This document shows positions 42,284 to 53,075 of a stretch of 64,000 nt of DNA, one piece after another. The stretch lies in the NCBI GenBank assembly GCA_002305115.1, contig DBQF01000001.1, positions 10,286-74,285 of the forward strand, in the 5' to 3' direction. How positions within the stretch are numbered: the stretch's first letter is position 1; every line of letters starts with the position of its first letter. Both the position numbers and the translations under genes were made by a program. The notes under the pieces are model-generated. The model did no database searches. It was not told where the DNA came from and saw only the letters and a program-made list of their open reading frames with translations. The DNA is from a candidate division WWE3 bacterium UBA1401 (GTDB taxonomy: Bacteria; Patescibacteriota; WWE3; UBA101185; UBA10185).

Positions 42284-42784
42284 CTAGCAAACAAATCGCC
42301 AAAGCTTATTCTTCCAGATACCCGCGTAATCCACACCTATCCGCTGATAAGCCGTATAAGTACACTGATAACCAATGTCTTCAACCCAAAGTCGATGGCT
42401 TGTAGCTAAATTCTCCCCGTAAAAACTTTTGTCCAACTGGAGTTGTTTACCCACCCTACCCGGACCTTGTACCTTATCTAGACTTCTTATTAGAACCCCC
42501 TGAGGAAAATCTTTCGGCCCGGTTACAATATTTAACAGCCAATACATGCCGTAGATTAAATAAACATACACTTTACCACCAGCAGCATATAAAACTTCAG
42601 TCCGTGGTGTTTTACCCTTAGACGCGTGGCAGGCTAAATCTTCTTCACCCCTATAAGCCTCGGTTTCCGTGATAACTGCCCTAAATTCACTACCATCTGA
42701 GAATGTGCGTACAAGTGTTTTACCTAAAAGCATAGGAGCCACCTGCAAAACATCGGTTTCAAAAAATTTGTTGTCTAGTCGCAT
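42284..42784 (-). CDS. DNA-3-methyladenine glycosylase (Mpg/AAG family)
   Basis: ITETEAYRGEEDLACHASKGKTPRTEVLY...YVYLIYGMYWLLNIV matches the AAG/Mpg family signature. Confidence 0.85.
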   Translation of the reverse strand: MRLDNKFFETDVLQVAPMLLGKTLVRTFSDGSEFRAVITETEAYRGEEDLACHASKGKTPRTEVLYAAGGKVYVYLIYGMYWLLNIVTGPKDFPQGVLIRSLDKVQGPGRVGKQLQLDKSFYGENLATSHRLWVEDIGYQCTYTAYQRIGVDYAGIWKNKLWRFVC

Positions 42785-42853
42785 ATCGATATAGTACTAC
42801 ACACAGGTATATAAACTTCAAAAATACGAAAAAAAGCATTAAGATAAACACAA

Positions 42854-44125
42854 ATGGAAATCAGATTTAGAAACACAGCCCAAGTTCCCGAAGCCGCCAT
42901 TCAAACAATAGGTAACAAACTTATGCCCTATCTAGGTTATCTGCAGCAGATTGCGCAAGATGATGAGTACTCTGTGGCAGAGAGCTCTATCAACCTGCCC
43001 TTTGACCATACTCATCTTGAAAAGTCACTAAGGTTAAAGGCAGAACTGGGTACGGAGAAGCTTAAGTACTTTATCTTAATAGGCATTGGAGGCTCTAATC
43101 TTGGAGCAAAAGCAATATATGATGCGCTGTTAGGCTATTTTGATCCTGTAGAACCCTCCAGGTATCCAAAATTAATCTTTCTTGATACTACTGATACGAA
43201 ATTTCAGAATAAACTCACACAACTCCTACAAACAGTAACAGCAGAAGAAGTGATTATTGATGTTGTATGTAAATCGGGCAAAACTTTAGAAACAATAGTT
43301 AACACAGAGATAGCATTGGCAAATAACACCAATCTGCTGGACAGGGTAGTTATAACTTCAGATCCGTCAACCGCTTTATATAAAAAAGCGCAAACTCTAA
43401 ATATCAAATGTCTTGACATACCACCTAAAGTGGGGGGCAGATATTCTGTTTTAACCACTGTGGGATTATTTCCTCTGGTTTGTATAGGTGTGGATACGGT
43501 AGCCTTGTTAGCAGGTGCGATGGAAGCAAGGAAAAGCTGCTTATCCACAGACATATTAGCAAATCCGGCGATCATATCAGCGGCTATTTTGTATGAAAAC
43601 TATCAAACAGGAAAACCAATAAATGATAATTTTTTCTTTCATTCCGAATTGGAAAGTCTGGGCAAATGGTATAGGCAGTTGACGGGAGAAAGTTTAGGCA
43701 AAAACAAGACCGGTATAACACCCACCGTATCTATTGGCTCAACCGATTTACATTCTGTAGTGCAACTATATCTGGGCGGCAAGAGTGATAAGTACTTTAC
43801 GTTCATTTGGGCAGAAAAAGAAGAAAGTAGTGTATCAGTGCCACAACATCCAGTTTTTAAAGGCATCTTGCCGGAAATTGAAGGTAAAAGCGTTAAGGCG
43901 GTGAGACAAGCTATCATCTCGGGGGTTAAATCAGCTTACATAAATAAAAACATACCTTTCTGTGAAATCGTACTGCCTGCTATTACAGAAAACGCTTTGG
44001 GCAGTTTTATGCAATTCAAGATGATCGAAACAATGTTACTGGCAAAGCTTTTTGAAGTAGACGCTTTTACTCAACCTAATGTGGAAGAATACAAAACGGT
44101 TACACACGAACTGCTTAGCAACTAA
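42854..44125 (+). CDS. pgi: glucose-6-phosphate isomerase (short type)
   Basis: SIS-domain motifs GIGGSNLGAKA and GGRYSVLT. TAAGAT lies 8 nt before the ATG and there is no SD. Confidence 0.85.
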   Translation: MEIRFRNTAQVPEAAIQTIGNKLMPYLGYLQQIAQDDEYSVAESSINLPFDHTHLEKSLRLKAELGTEKLKYFILIGIGGSNLGAKAIYDALLGYFDPVEPSRYPKLIFLDTTDTKFQNKLTQLLQTVTAEEVIIDVVCKSGKTLETIVNTEIALANNTNLLDRVVITSDPSTALYKKAQTLNIKCLDIPPKVGGRYSVLTTVGLFPLVCIGVDTVALLAGAMEARKSCLSTDILANPAIISAAILYENYQTGKPINDNFFFHSELESLGKWYRQLTGESLGKNKTGITPTVSIGSTDLHSVVQLYLGGKSDKYFTFIWAEKEESSVSVPQHPVFKGILPEIEGKSVKAVRQAIISGVKSAYINKNIPFCEIVLPAITENALGSFMQFKMIETMLLAKLFEVDAFTQPNVEEYKTVTHELLSN

Positions 44126-44126
44126 T

Positions 44127-45683
44127 ATGAAAAAACACTTTCACTTAATACTTTTAGGAATAGTCTTGATTGGAGCTTTCTTTAGGCTATATCATATAGA
44201 ATTTGGGCTTCCTCACAGTTTTCACGCGGATGAGCCGGAAATTGCGGAACTTGCCATAAAGTACACCTACGAACTTAGAGATGTAGTTAAAAACAACAAT
44301 TATTACAAGGTCATTCCTATCTCCTATGTTTATGGCATGTTTCCTACCTATTTACTTACCTTAGTCGTCATGGCTTTTAGCAAAGGAGCAAATATTTTAG
44401 GTATTGCTTTTGACAAAGCAGACCTGTATATAGCAATGCGTAGTGTTACTGCAGCATTTTCTCTAATAATCATTCCGGCGGGTGCCGCAATCTACTATAA
44501 AATGTTTAAAGACAAACCGGGTAGTCTACTAACAGCATCATTACTGGCATTAAACTGGAAACTGATTGTGCATTCACACTACGTTAATGCAGACACATTT
44601 TTAGCTGTACTAATAACCCTTACGGTACTGGCAGGCATCTTGTATTTTCAGCACGAACCAGATAATTTGCATACCATATTGTTTGGCTTAATATATGGGC
44701 TTGCCGTAGGTACCAAAGTCACGGCGCTACTTTCACTTCCAATGTTTCTATATTTATTTATAGTCAAAAAAGATTATCGTGCCATGTTTGCGTTCCTGTT
44801 TTTAATACTCATTGGGTTTGCAGTTACTAATCCCTTCTCACTCATATTCGCTAATGATTTTGCTTTTAGGGTATATATGATGAAAATTAAAGAAGCGGGT
44901 CTTGTGTTTGACTCCATTAATAAAGATCCGTTTAAGTACATTATTGGCCTAGGATATATTGCTACACCAGGCATACTGCTCACTTCCCTTTACGGAAAAG
45001 TACGATCTATAAAGATTCCGACAAGAGAAAATTTGCCGCTACATATTCTCTTAATGGGAACTGTCCTCATTTATTTATTGTTTTATTCAGTAGGCATAAG
45101 AAGAGTAGACAGATGGCTGCTTCCTATCCTGCCAATCGTTTTGGTATATGCGGCGTACGGCACAACCCAACTAGTAAAGGTGCTACCTACCAAATTGTAT
45201 GCAATAGGAGCTATTGCGCTCACTATTAGCTACTGCTATTTTTTAGGGCTACTGTTACTACAGTTTCAGAGAGACACACCAAAGTCAGCAGCATACATTT
45301 GGCTAAGAGATAATATTCCTGCTAGCACAAACAAGCTTGCGGTAACTAAAGAAGGATTAGATCCGTTAAATAAGTTGCAAGGCATAATGGTCAAGCGCTA
45401 TGAAGTGTATGAACGGGAAGCAGCCCAGTTTTTTATGCCTGAGAGCCCCCTGGGCTACGACTACGTAATTTTGTCTTCTAAACCCATGAGTTATCATAAA
45501 AATGAGGAACTTGCCAGGAAATATCCCTTTTATACAGAAAAATGGCAAGCATTTGAAACTATGGTACTAGACCCGGCTAACTTTAGATTAGTAAAAAAGT
45601 TTGAACTACCTAAACCAAACCTCGTGGAATTATCAGACGTATATATCTATGAAAGTACAGCGACAACACCCATTGAGAATTAA
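44127..45683 (+). CDS. GT-C fold glycosyltransferase (family 39 / ArnT-PMT-like)
   Basis: About 12 TM helices, with an acidic motif (HADEPE) in the first extracytoplasmic loop. I chose the internal start MKKHF at 44127, just after the pgi stop. Confidence 0.7.
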   Translation: MKKHFHLILLGIVLIGAFFRLYHIEFGLPHSFHADEPEIAELAIKYTYELRDVVKNNNYYKVIPISYVYGMFPTYLLTLVVMAFSKGANILGIAFDKADLYIAMRSVTAAFSLIIIPAGAAIYYKMFKDKPGSLLTASLLALNWKLIVHSHYVNADTFLAVLITLTVLAGILYFQHEPDNLHTILFGLIYGLAVGTKVTALLSLPMFLYLFIVKKDYRAMFAFLFLILIGFAVTNPFSLIFANDFAFRVYMMKIKEAGLVFDSINKDPFKYIIGLGYIATPGILLTSLYGKVRSIKIPTRENLPLHILLMGTVLIYLLFYSVGIRRVDRWLLPILPIVLVYAAYGTTQLVKVLPTKLYAIGAIALTISYCYFLGLLLLQFQRDTPKSAAYIWLRDNIPASTNKLAVTKEGLDPLNKLQGIMVKRYEVYEREAAQFFMPESPLGYDYVILSSKPMSYHKNEELARKYPFYTEKWQAFETMVLDPANFRLVKKFELPKPNLVELSDVYIYESTATTPIEN

Positions 45684-45687
45684 CAGG

Positions 45688-46527
45688 TTAACGAAATAAA
45701 AACACACGCATAAATAAGGCTATTACAAATAGCCCCACAAATACTAGCAGACTAACTGGAAGGGATATCCCCGCATTCGAACTATTTATGGCTTGCGTAC
45801 CCGCTATTTCAGGGGTGGGGGTACTTACAAGAGGCCGTACAAGCTTAGATTTAGGCAATAGCTGCGCTATACTACCAGGCAGGTTGGTTTCCTGAGGAGT
45901 GGACTTCTTGGCTTGAGCTAAAACCGTGGAACCAGGCTTACTATCTTTGACTTCGGCAGGATCATCAGAGATACTATCATCAGTAGGCATGTTTAGTTTA
46001 GGCTCCGGTGCAGAAACCTGGTCTGCAGTAACCACTAAGGTGTTAACTACAGGTGCGTCTAATAATAAATCCTGAGCCTGAGGAGATACCACGTTAGTGT
46101 CATTAGTAGCACCAGGTGTCCACTTAATTTCAAGGCCGGCGTCACCTGCAGTCAAACCCCTAAAGGTAATAGTAGCTAGCATACCAGTACCTTGGAAATA
46201 CTGGTTATAGTTGCTAGAACCAGATAATTTTAAGGTGCCTTCAACGTTATCATACGAAGCAACAGGATAGACAGGGAAAAGTGGCCCCTTCGCAAGAGCT
46301 GTTATTTCAACAACAGCCGGATCGAAAGTAAGAATAACATCTGTGCCAACTAGTTCATTACCCTGCGCATCCAGATTGATAGTAGAACTAGCAGAGTTAC
46401 CTATACTAATTTGCTCTGCAGAGTGGCTTAACTGCAGCATGGGAGCAGCAGATACCAACCCGGGCACAAATCCTAGCCAGGTTACAAATATAAATATGGC
46501 GGATAACACTTTATTAGTAGCAGCCAT
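45688..46527 (-). CDS. secreted cohesin-domain protein with a C-terminal TM anchor
   Basis: Signal peptide, then a cohesin-like block (DVILTFDPAVVEITALAKGPLFP...GTLKLSGSS...ATITFRGLTAGDAGL), a linker, and a C-terminal hydrophobic helix. Confidence 0.6.
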   Translation of the reverse strand: MAATNKVLSAIFIFVTWLGFVPGLVSAAPMLQLSHSAEQISIGNSASSTINLDAQGNELVGTDVILTFDPAVVEITALAKGPLFPVYPVASYDNVEGTLKLSGSSNYNQYFQGTGMLATITFRGLTAGDAGLEIKWTPGATNDTNVVSPQAQDLLLDAPVVNTLVVTADQVSAPEPKLNMPTDDSISDDPAEVKDSKPGSTVLAQAKKSTPQETNLPGSIAQLLPKSKLVRPLVSTPTPEIAGTQAINSSNAGISLPVSLLVFVGLFVIALFMRVFLFR

Positions 46528-46543
46528 ATACTAACAGTACAAA

Positions 46544-48322
46544 TTAGTTATCGCCTTCTTCCAGATAGTTACTGAACATAATCCAGACATCAAAGTTGTT
46601 TACAGTGCCATCGCCATTAAAGTCTCCTGTACCCTCCTGACGCCAACTTTGATATAGCAAGGCTAAGTCAAAGCTATTTACGCTATTATCATCATTTATG
46701 TCACCCGCTAGCAAATCACCGAAGTCTAGGTAACCATTTGCAGGATTAACACCACCACTAACAGTAAGAGGTTGTGTAGCTCTCTTATCCAAAAAGCCAG
46801 GAATAGAAAGCAAGAAATCGTAAGATTGGCCAAAAGATAAGGCAGACATTGATAACCCATTGTACTGACCAGTAATATCTACGTTGGCAGTAGCTTCAAA
46901 GGTATTGTCCAGCACTCTAAGTGTAACAACGGCACCATTGCCCACAGAAGCTAAGCGGGAGGGGAGGTTGTAAACAAACCTTAGTGTTGGATTATAAGCA
47001 AGTGTATAAGTGCCATTTACCGGTGATAGCATTAACAATTCCTCACCTGTTAAAGCTGAAACTATGTTCGAATCAGTAGTAGAACCCTCAGTGTAATCAA
47101 ATACAAGATCGGTTACGCCTGCCCGTTTCGCCCTAAACGTGATTAGCGCGAATGTACTGTTGCCGGTATAGCTCTGCCCAAAGTTTGCATTACCAGAAAT
47201 GGTAATAGTACCAAGGTTATTATCGTACTGTGACCAGGCATAGCTGGGGAAAATGGTACCATTTGTAATTGCAACCACCTCTAGCATTGCTGGATCAAAG
47301 TGCAGGATTAAATCAGCACCACTTACTGCGTTGCCATTACTTTCTAGAATTACTTCTACACCAAGGTCTTCCCCAAGCTGAAAAGTTTGCTGTACAGGGG
47401 ATAACCTGAAGGAGGAGGTTGGATTGCTTGAAGCAGATTCGGAAGGATCCCATCCGGCTAATTTTGCCATCATTACCCAGTAAGCTTGGGCTTTCATTTT
47501 ACAGTTTAAAGGATGAGAGTGGGAACAACTTGAAGGCATACCCATACAATCTTCCGGATGGGCTGTACACCAATCAGCACACCAGGAACAGGCATCTGTA
47601 GTATTTACATGGTAGTTTCCGGCGGGATCATAACTTTCTATATCGGCAAAATCAAAAACTATCTTATTGTTAGCAAGAGCATACTCTCGAACTATCTGAT
47701 TGTTACGCTTTAGAGTTGAAACTGCATTATCCTGAGTGCCGTCTGTATGACCTGTAATTAAAATAAAGTTCATGTTCGGATTGGCAACATCAAAGGCATT
47801 CATTTGGGTAAGGTAACCGGTGTCACCAGTAAGCGTGGGTTCTGAATTAGATGACTGCTCACCGCACCAAGACCACATGGAGTAATCAAAGAGATTAGTA
47901 TCTGCAACCGCTTGTGTCCTGGTAATACCATCGCCACTCCAATAGTCGCCACCGGAAATATATGTTTCAGGAGGGTTACCATCATAGATTCTTAAATCAT
48001 TGGCAGTACCGTGCAGGCTCGTGGGAAGAGTATCTCCGGCATATGTAACTGCCACACTATATTTTGGATCATAAGAACTTAGCCCATTTAGCCCGGAAAT
48101 AATCTGGGAACCATGTGAAGTATGCGCATAGTGAACAACAAGTTCTTTAGCTTTTTGAATCCAATCATCATTCAGTTGGTCAAATTCGCTAACAGCCGTA
48201 TGGTCAATAATCAGGGGCTCTGTTCTTGTACCAGCATATACGGGGGAATGAGCCCATACAACTAACAATAGAGGTATAACTATGGGTAGGAATTTCTTGA
48301 GAGCATTCATAAGCCTGTCCAC
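46544..48322 (-). CDS. secreted multidomain protein: Cys-rich N-terminal domain of unknown function + cohesin-like domain + C-terminal dockerin
   Basis: Signal peptide and a cohesin-like block (ADLILHFDPAMLEVVAITNGTIFP...GTITISGNA...ALITFRAKRAGVTDL). Duplicated dockerin Ca-binding repeats GDINDDNSVNSFDLALL and GDFNGDGTVNNFDVWIMF. Confidence 0.65.
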   Translation of the reverse strand: MDRLMNALKKFLPIVIPLLLVVWAHSPVYAGTRTEPLIIDHTAVSEFDQLNDDWIQKAKELVVHYAHTSHGSQIISGLNGLSSYDPKYSVAVTYAGDTLPTSLHGTANDLRIYDGNPPETYISGGDYWSGDGITRTQAVADTNLFDYSMWSWCGEQSSNSEPTLTGDTGYLTQMNAFDVANPNMNFILITGHTDGTQDNAVSTLKRNNQIVREYALANNKIVFDFADIESYDPAGNYHVNTTDACSWCADWCTAHPEDCMGMPSSCSHSHPLNCKMKAQAYWVMMAKLAGWDPSESASSNPTSSFRLSPVQQTFQLGEDLGVEVILESNGNAVSGADLILHFDPAMLEVVAITNGTIFPSYAWSQYDNNLGTITISGNANFGQSYTGNSTFALITFRAKRAGVTDLVFDYTEGSTTDSNIVSALTGEELLMLSPVNGTYTLAYNPTLRFVYNLPSRLASVGNGAVVTLRVLDNTFEATANVDITGQYNGLSMSALSFGQSYDFLLSIPGFLDKRATQPLTVSGGVNPANGYLDFGDLLAGDINDDNSVNSFDLALLYQSWRQEGTGDFNGDGTVNNFDVWIMFSNYLEEGDN

Positions 48323-48347
48323 TTTCTACCCTAAGTAAAGGGTACAT

Positions 48348-48381
48348 CTATATAAAATATGGGCTAATATAGCAAGCCCAT
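48348..48381 (-). terminator. Candidate intrinsic terminator after rpoD
   Basis: On the minus-strand RNA the hairpin AUGGGC-N11-GCCCAU is followed by AUUUUAUAUA. The stem is weak. Confidence 0.35.
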
Positions 48382-48410
48382 GAGGAGAATGCAACTATAG
48401 GGCTCGGATA

Positions 48411-49667
48411 TTACAGGTAGTCTTTAAGACGCTTGCTGCGAGATGGGTGTCTTAGCTTTCTTAAAGCCTTCGCTTCAATTTGCCTAATTCTTTCTCTAGT
48501 AACACCAAACTCTTTTCCTACTTCTTCCAAAGTTCTACTCCTACCATCCTTAAGCCCAAATCTAAGCTCCAGTACACGCATCTCTCTGGGGCTTAGAGTA
48601 TCAAGCACTTCTTGAATGTGTTCCTTTAATAATTGCTGGCTGGCTGACTCAAACGGCGAAGGGCTTACTTCGTCGGGAATAAACTCCTTTAGCCGGGTAT
48701 CTTCTTCTTTACCCACCGGTGTTTCGATAGATGTAGTTTTTTGGGAAATTTTCTCTATGTGTAAGGCTTTCTCTACTTCTATACCCATCTCCTTGGCTAC
48801 TTCTTCCGGAGTAACCGGCCTTTCCAGCTTCTGTTCAAGCCCCCGCTGTATTTTTTTGTATTTATTGATAGTTTCAACCATGTGTACCGGAATACGAATA
48901 GTCCTAGCCTGATCTGCTAAAGCTCTTGTAATGGCCTGGCGTATCCACCAAGTGGCATAAGTAGAAAACTTAAAACCTCTGCGCCAATCAAACTTTTCTA
49001 CTGCGCGCATCAACCCAATGTTGCCCTCCTGAATCAAATCCAAGAAAGACAATCCTCTACCCAGATATTTTTTAGCAATAGAAACCACTAATCTAAGGTT
49101 AGACTGGGTTAAATGCTCAAACGCCTTAATAGCTTCTTTTTTGGATATGGCCTTAACATTCATCTTAATTTCCTTGTACACCTTCTCAGTAACATCCATC
49201 TCCTGCATTACCTGCTTGTCTGTAAACTTTTTACCGTGTTCTTCTTCAAGCGCTGCAACAGCTTCGTGATAACGGTATACCTCAACTTTTTTAGCTAGAT
49301 CCACTTCTTCTTCTGCGGTAAGTAGGTCCACTTTGCCAATTTCGCGTAAATACATTCTGACAGGATCCGTAGACACACTCCTGTCCATGGTTTTTTTGGC
49401 AAGGGCTGCTACTTCCGTAATTTCAGTGAGCCTGGCTGCTTCTTTTTCAGATTCTACATCAAAAACATCTATACCTGCCTCCAAAAGCTTTTCATAAAGC
49501 GCATCAAGCTCTTCAACATTCTCTTCGGCTTCCGGGAACACTGCCAATACTTCTTCTAAAGTCAGATAACCTTGCTTCTTACCCTTGGTAATAAGCTTCT
49601 TAATATTTCTTTCCCTGTTATCAACAATTAGTTTGCTGCTCTTTTTATCTTGTGTTGGTTTTTTCAT
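48411..49667 (-). CDS. rpoD: RNA polymerase primary sigma factor (sigma-70 family)
   Basis: Region 2 (...[36 protein letters not shown]) and region 4 ([20 protein letters not shown]) are both present. Confidence 0.95.
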   Translation of the reverse strand: MKKPTQDKKSSKLIVDNRERNIKKLITKGKKQGYLTLEEVLAVFPEAEENVEELDALYEKLLEAGIDVFDVESEKEAARLTEITEVAALAKKTMDRSVSTDPVRMYLREIGKVDLLTAEEEVDLAKKVEVYRYHEAVAALEEEHGKKFTDKQVMQEMDVTEKVYKEIKMNVKAISKKEAIKAFEHLTQSNLRLVVSIAKKYLGRGLSFLDLIQEGNIGLMRAVEKFDWRRGFKFSTYATWWIRQAITRALADQARTIRIPVHMVETINKYKKIQRGLEQKLERPVTPEEVAKEMGIEVEKALHIEKISQKTTSIETPVGKEEDTRLKEFIPDEVSPSPFESASQQLLKEHIQEVLDTLSPREMRVLELRFGLKDGRSRTLEEVGKEFGVTRERIRQIEAKALRKLRHPSRSKRLKDYL

Positions 49668-51433
49668 AATAATTTTTCTGAAAGCTCCTTTATTCCTTCA
49701 GACAATTTTTTAATGGCTTCTACATTATTTTCTGCTTCCGCTAGTTTTAACTTTTTAGCCAATGCTGTTATTTTATCGCGTGCTGCTTTCTTTTCAATTC
49801 GGCTACTTAATAAAGTAAGCTCTTTGACAATGTTTTGGGAATTTTCTGAAATGCTGCCAACATCCCACAGATAAACATCACGTACAAAATTTTTAAAATC
49901 AACATTCATTGTATCAATAAATGCTTCAACATTGTAGGTTTCTGCATTGTGCAGATAGGTTTTTAAAGCAGCAAGAGTTTCCCGAACAGCCACATTAGCA
50001 AAGTCTTCTTGATGATGCTTATACAAAAAACTACGAATAATGTCAACATTACTTTGTAGTAACAGCGCCAAAAAGTACTCTTCGTAAGAACTTTTGGAAA
50101 AAACAGCTTTGTCAGAGGTACTTGTGTGCGGAGCTTCTTTAAACTCCTCATAGTCTGCCACTTGGGCTCTATTTGTAAGCAAAGATCTTATAATATCAGC
50201 CTTTACATTGAGTTCCTGGGAAAGTTTTTCTACATAATGATCCCTCACAATAGGGCTGGTTATCTGGGAAAACACAGGCAACAACTCCTCTACGATATTT
50301 TTCTTGCCAAGAGGGTCAGTTTTCTGATGCCGTTTTAATGCAGCAACCAGAAAAAAGTCATAAATTACTACAGCGTTGGCAAAAAGCTGTTTAGCAAGTT
50401 CTGTATCTTCATGCACCAACTCATCCAAATCTTTATATTTCTCAGGCACCATAGCAACTTTAATGTCAAAGTGTTGTTTTTCTGCCAAGCTAATTGCACG
50501 TTTAATAGCAGAAATGCCTGCAAAATCTGAGTCGAAACAAAAGGTGATATTTTTTGTGTACCTTGAAATCAAACGTAGCTGATCCTCGGTCAAAGAGGTA
50601 CCAGAAGAGGCTACAACATTTTTGATCCCCGCCTGATAAGCACTAATAACATCCATAGGGCCTTCCACAAAAACAGCTCCTTCTTGTTTTATAGCAATTT
50701 TTCCTTTGTCTAAACCATACAAAAAGTTACTTTTGTGAAATACCAACGTTTCTGGAGAGTTTAGATACTTAGGTTTCCGATCCGAGATAGTTCTTCCAGA
50801 AAATCCTACAATTCTGCCACTTACATCACTAAAAGGAAACATTACTCGTCCTCTAAATTTATCGATATACCCAGTACCTGAACTTTTTGTAACTATAACA
50901 CCCGCAGCCTCCAAATCAGTCGCTTTATACCCTTTTTTGGTCAGAAATTTAAGTAAGGTATCCCAAGTATCAGGGGAATAGCCCAACTGAAAGACTTTTA
51001 TAGTATCAAGGGTAAGTTTGCGCTTATCCCTAAGATATGCCAGAGCAGGCTTACCTGCTTTAGTGGCAGTTAAAACTTTGTGATAAAACAATGCAGTTAA
51101 CTCGTTTATTTCATAAATCAGCTTTTCTTTGGAAGTGTCTTTTGCAGGTGCACTTTTTACAAGCTTTATACCAGCGCGATCTGCTAATACTTCTAAAGCA
51201 TGGGAAAAGTCGTAGCCTTCAATTTTCTCTAAAAAGGTGAATACATCACCGCCTTCACCACAACCAAAGCATTTATACAGCTGAAGCTCTTGAGAAACCA
51301 TAAAGGAAGGCGTTTTTTCTGAGTGAAAGGGGCATAAGCCTTTGTAATTACGCCCCGATTTTTTAAGATCAACATAACCGCTTATTATATCAACAATGTC
51401 TGTTTTTTGTTTCACTTCGGCTATTTGATCCAT
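49664..51433 (-). CDS. dnaG: DNA primase DnaG
   Basis: The zinc finger is [11 protein letters not shown]...CFGCGEGGD and the Toprim region is EGPMDVI...DSDFAG. 4-nt overlap with rpoD. Confidence 0.93.
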   Translation of the reverse strand: MDQIAEVKQKTDIVDIISGYVDLKKSGRNYKGLCPFHSEKTPSFMVSQELQLYKCFGCGEGGDVFTFLEKIEGYDFSHALEVLADRAGIKLVKSAPAKDTSKEKLIYEINELTALFYHKVLTATKAGKPALAYLRDKRKLTLDTIKVFQLGYSPDTWDTLLKFLTKKGYKATDLEAAGVIVTKSSGTGYIDKFRGRVMFPFSDVSGRIVGFSGRTISDRKPKYLNSPETLVFHKSNFLYGLDKGKIAIKQEGAVFVEGPMDVISAYQAGIKNVVASSGTSLTEDQLRLISRYTKNITFCFDSDFAGISAIKRAISLAEKQHFDIKVAMVPEKYKDLDELVHEDTELAKQLFANAVVIYDFFLVAALKRHQKTDPLGKKNIVEELLPVFSQITSPIVRDHYVEKLSQELNVKADIIRSLLTNRAQVADYEEFKEAPHTSTSDKAVFSKSSYEEYFLALLLQSNVDIIRSFLYKHHQEDFANVAVRETLAALKTYLHNAETYNVEAFIDTMNVDFKNFVRDVYLWDVGSISENSQNIVKELTLLSSRIEKKAARDKITALAKKLKLAEAENNVEAIKKLSEGIKELSEKLL

Positions 51434-51461
51434 TAAGTTTTGTATATCACACTAAGAGGCG

Positions 51462-51490
51462 TCTGGCTACTGGCTGCTGACTAATAACTA
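51462..51490. repeat. Degenerate period-7 array between dnaN and dnaG (tctggct actggct gctgact aataact)
   Basis: In minus sense after the dnaN TAG stop, TAG recurs at +7 and +21. The heptamer periodicity is visible by eye. Confidence 0.55.
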
Positions 51491-52603
51491 ACCCTCAACT
51501 CGAATGGGCATGATAAGATGCAAAAAACCTTCTTCGCCACGCGGCTTGATTAAACAAGGCGCATTATTTCCTGTAGTTTCCATTACTAACTGCTCAGTCT
51601 TCACATTGTTCAAAAAATCCAACAAATACTTAGAATTAAAAATTACCTCTAGCCCCTCACCTTCAATAACCGCCTCAAACTGGGACTGATGATCTCCTGT
51701 TTCCTGCGCGGAAGAAGATATAGTTATAGAACCCTCCGGATTAAACACCAGCTTTACCGAATTGGTCTGATCGGCAGCAAAAATACTAGCTAATTTTACA
51801 GCCTCCAAAAGAGGTGTTGCCAGCACCTGAGCCTTTAATGTAGTTTCAGTCGGAATTATTCTCTTATAATCCGGAAACTGACCTTCCAAAACTCCGGTGG
51901 AAATTGTGGTATCTTCACTGGCAAACAATGCTCGATTAGAGTCCTCGTTAAAACTAAACCTTACCGATTCACCGGAGGATGCAAAAATGCGGGCTATTTC
52001 CATTAGTACTCTGGAAGGTAAAACTATAGAAAAGTCAGGCATAGCACTTTCTTCCAGAGTTAAAACCTTCTCAGATAATCTAAACCCGTCACTGGCAGCC
52101 ACCGTCAATACACCATCAGCATACTGAAGTAATACACCGGAAAAAATCGGACGAGTGCTATCAAGCGCAGCAGCAAAAGCCACATAGCTGACAGCCTGCT
52201 CAAAGGTTTTGGGATCAATATGCAAACATGAGACAGCATCATCAAAAGCGGGAACTTCCGGAAAATCTGCAGGGTCAACGCTATTAAATTTTACTTTGGT
52301 TTTTTGGGAAACAACATGTAAAACCTCATCTTTAAACACTGCTTCAATCGGAGCGGGAGCAAGCGTAGATACAAATTCTCTAAGCAACTTGGCAGGAACA
52401 GCAGCCTTGCCTTCAGCTTCCACAGAACCACCTACATAAGTGGTAATAAATGTTTCATAATCCGTTGCAGCAAGCCTAATACGACCATCGACAGCAGAAA
52501 TCAACACATTACTAAGAAGCGGAAAGGTACTTTTAGTGGGAACTGCCTTTGAAACAATCCCAAGCCCTTTAGCAAAATTTTCTTGCAGGCAGATAAATTT
52601 CAT
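51488..52603 (-). CDS. dnaN: DNA polymerase III beta sliding clamp
   Basis: 371 aa with three-domain clamp architecture and a typical N-terminus (MKFICLQENFAKGLGIVSKAV..KSTFPLLSNVLI). Confidence 0.93.
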   Translation of the reverse strand: MKFICLQENFAKGLGIVSKAVPTKSTFPLLSNVLISAVDGRIRLAATDYETFITTYVGGSVEAEGKAAVPAKLLREFVSTLAPAPIEAVFKDEVLHVVSQKTKVKFNSVDPADFPEVPAFDDAVSCLHIDPKTFEQAVSYVAFAAALDSTRPIFSGVLLQYADGVLTVAASDGFRLSEKVLTLEESAMPDFSIVLPSRVLMEIARIFASSGESVRFSFNEDSNRALFASEDTTISTGVLEGQFPDYKRIIPTETTLKAQVLATPLLEAVKLASIFAADQTNSVKLVFNPEGSITISSSAQETGDHQSQFEAVIEGEGLEVIFNSKYLLDFLNNVKTEQLVMETTGNNAPCLIKPRGEEGFLHLIMPIRVEG

Positions 52604-52616
52604 AAGTTAAATTACT

Positions 52617-53075
52617 TTACAACTTGGGAGAAGCGGGCTTAAGCACTACATGCCTATCAGCCTTATCTCCCACACTTTCAGATTCTACATCAGCATAGTC
52701 GGAAACAAAGGTATGAACAAAGTATCTCTCAGACGAATTCATGGGAAACAATGCAACCTCTTTGTTGAAAAAACGTACTTTGTCTATAAAAGACCTCACA
52801 GTATCTTCAAGCTTGGCAAACCGCTCTTTTTTATAACCATTGATATCTACATCAACCCTTACCCAGTCGGCTGAGTCTTTATTAACAAGTAATCCTAAAA
52901 AGGTCTGCAGCGCGTGTAAAGACTCGCCACGATAGCCGATAAGAAAACTAAGATTATCTCCATCAATATCAACTTTAATAGAGTCTCCTAAATCTTCAAT
53001 AAAAAATTCAGGCTTTATATCTAAAAAAGTATTTAGCTTTTCTAAAGCTTCTTTTATAACAGTTACTTTTTCCAT
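52617..53075 (-). CDS. jag: Jag/KhpB-like RNA-binding protein (KH + R3H)
   Basis: It sits downstream of yidC and has a GYRGESLHALQ KH-like motif and a C-terminal R3H-like region (ERYFVHTFV). Confidence 0.75.
   Translation of the reverse strand: MEKVTVIKEALEKLNTFLDIKPEFFIEDLGDSIKVDIDGDNLSFLIGYRGESLHALQTFLGLLVNKDSADWVRVDVDINGYKKERFAKLEDTVRSFIDKVRFFNKEVALFPMNSSERYFVHTFVSDYADVESESVGDKADRHVVLKPASPKL

Noticed and set aside
44079-44126. Upstream extension of the GT39-like ORF (MWKNTKRLHTNCLATN) overlapping the pgi 3' end
   Set aside because: The extension is non-hydrophobic and lies inside pgi. The ATG at 44127 directly follows the pgi stop and begins a typical basic-then-TM N-terminus.
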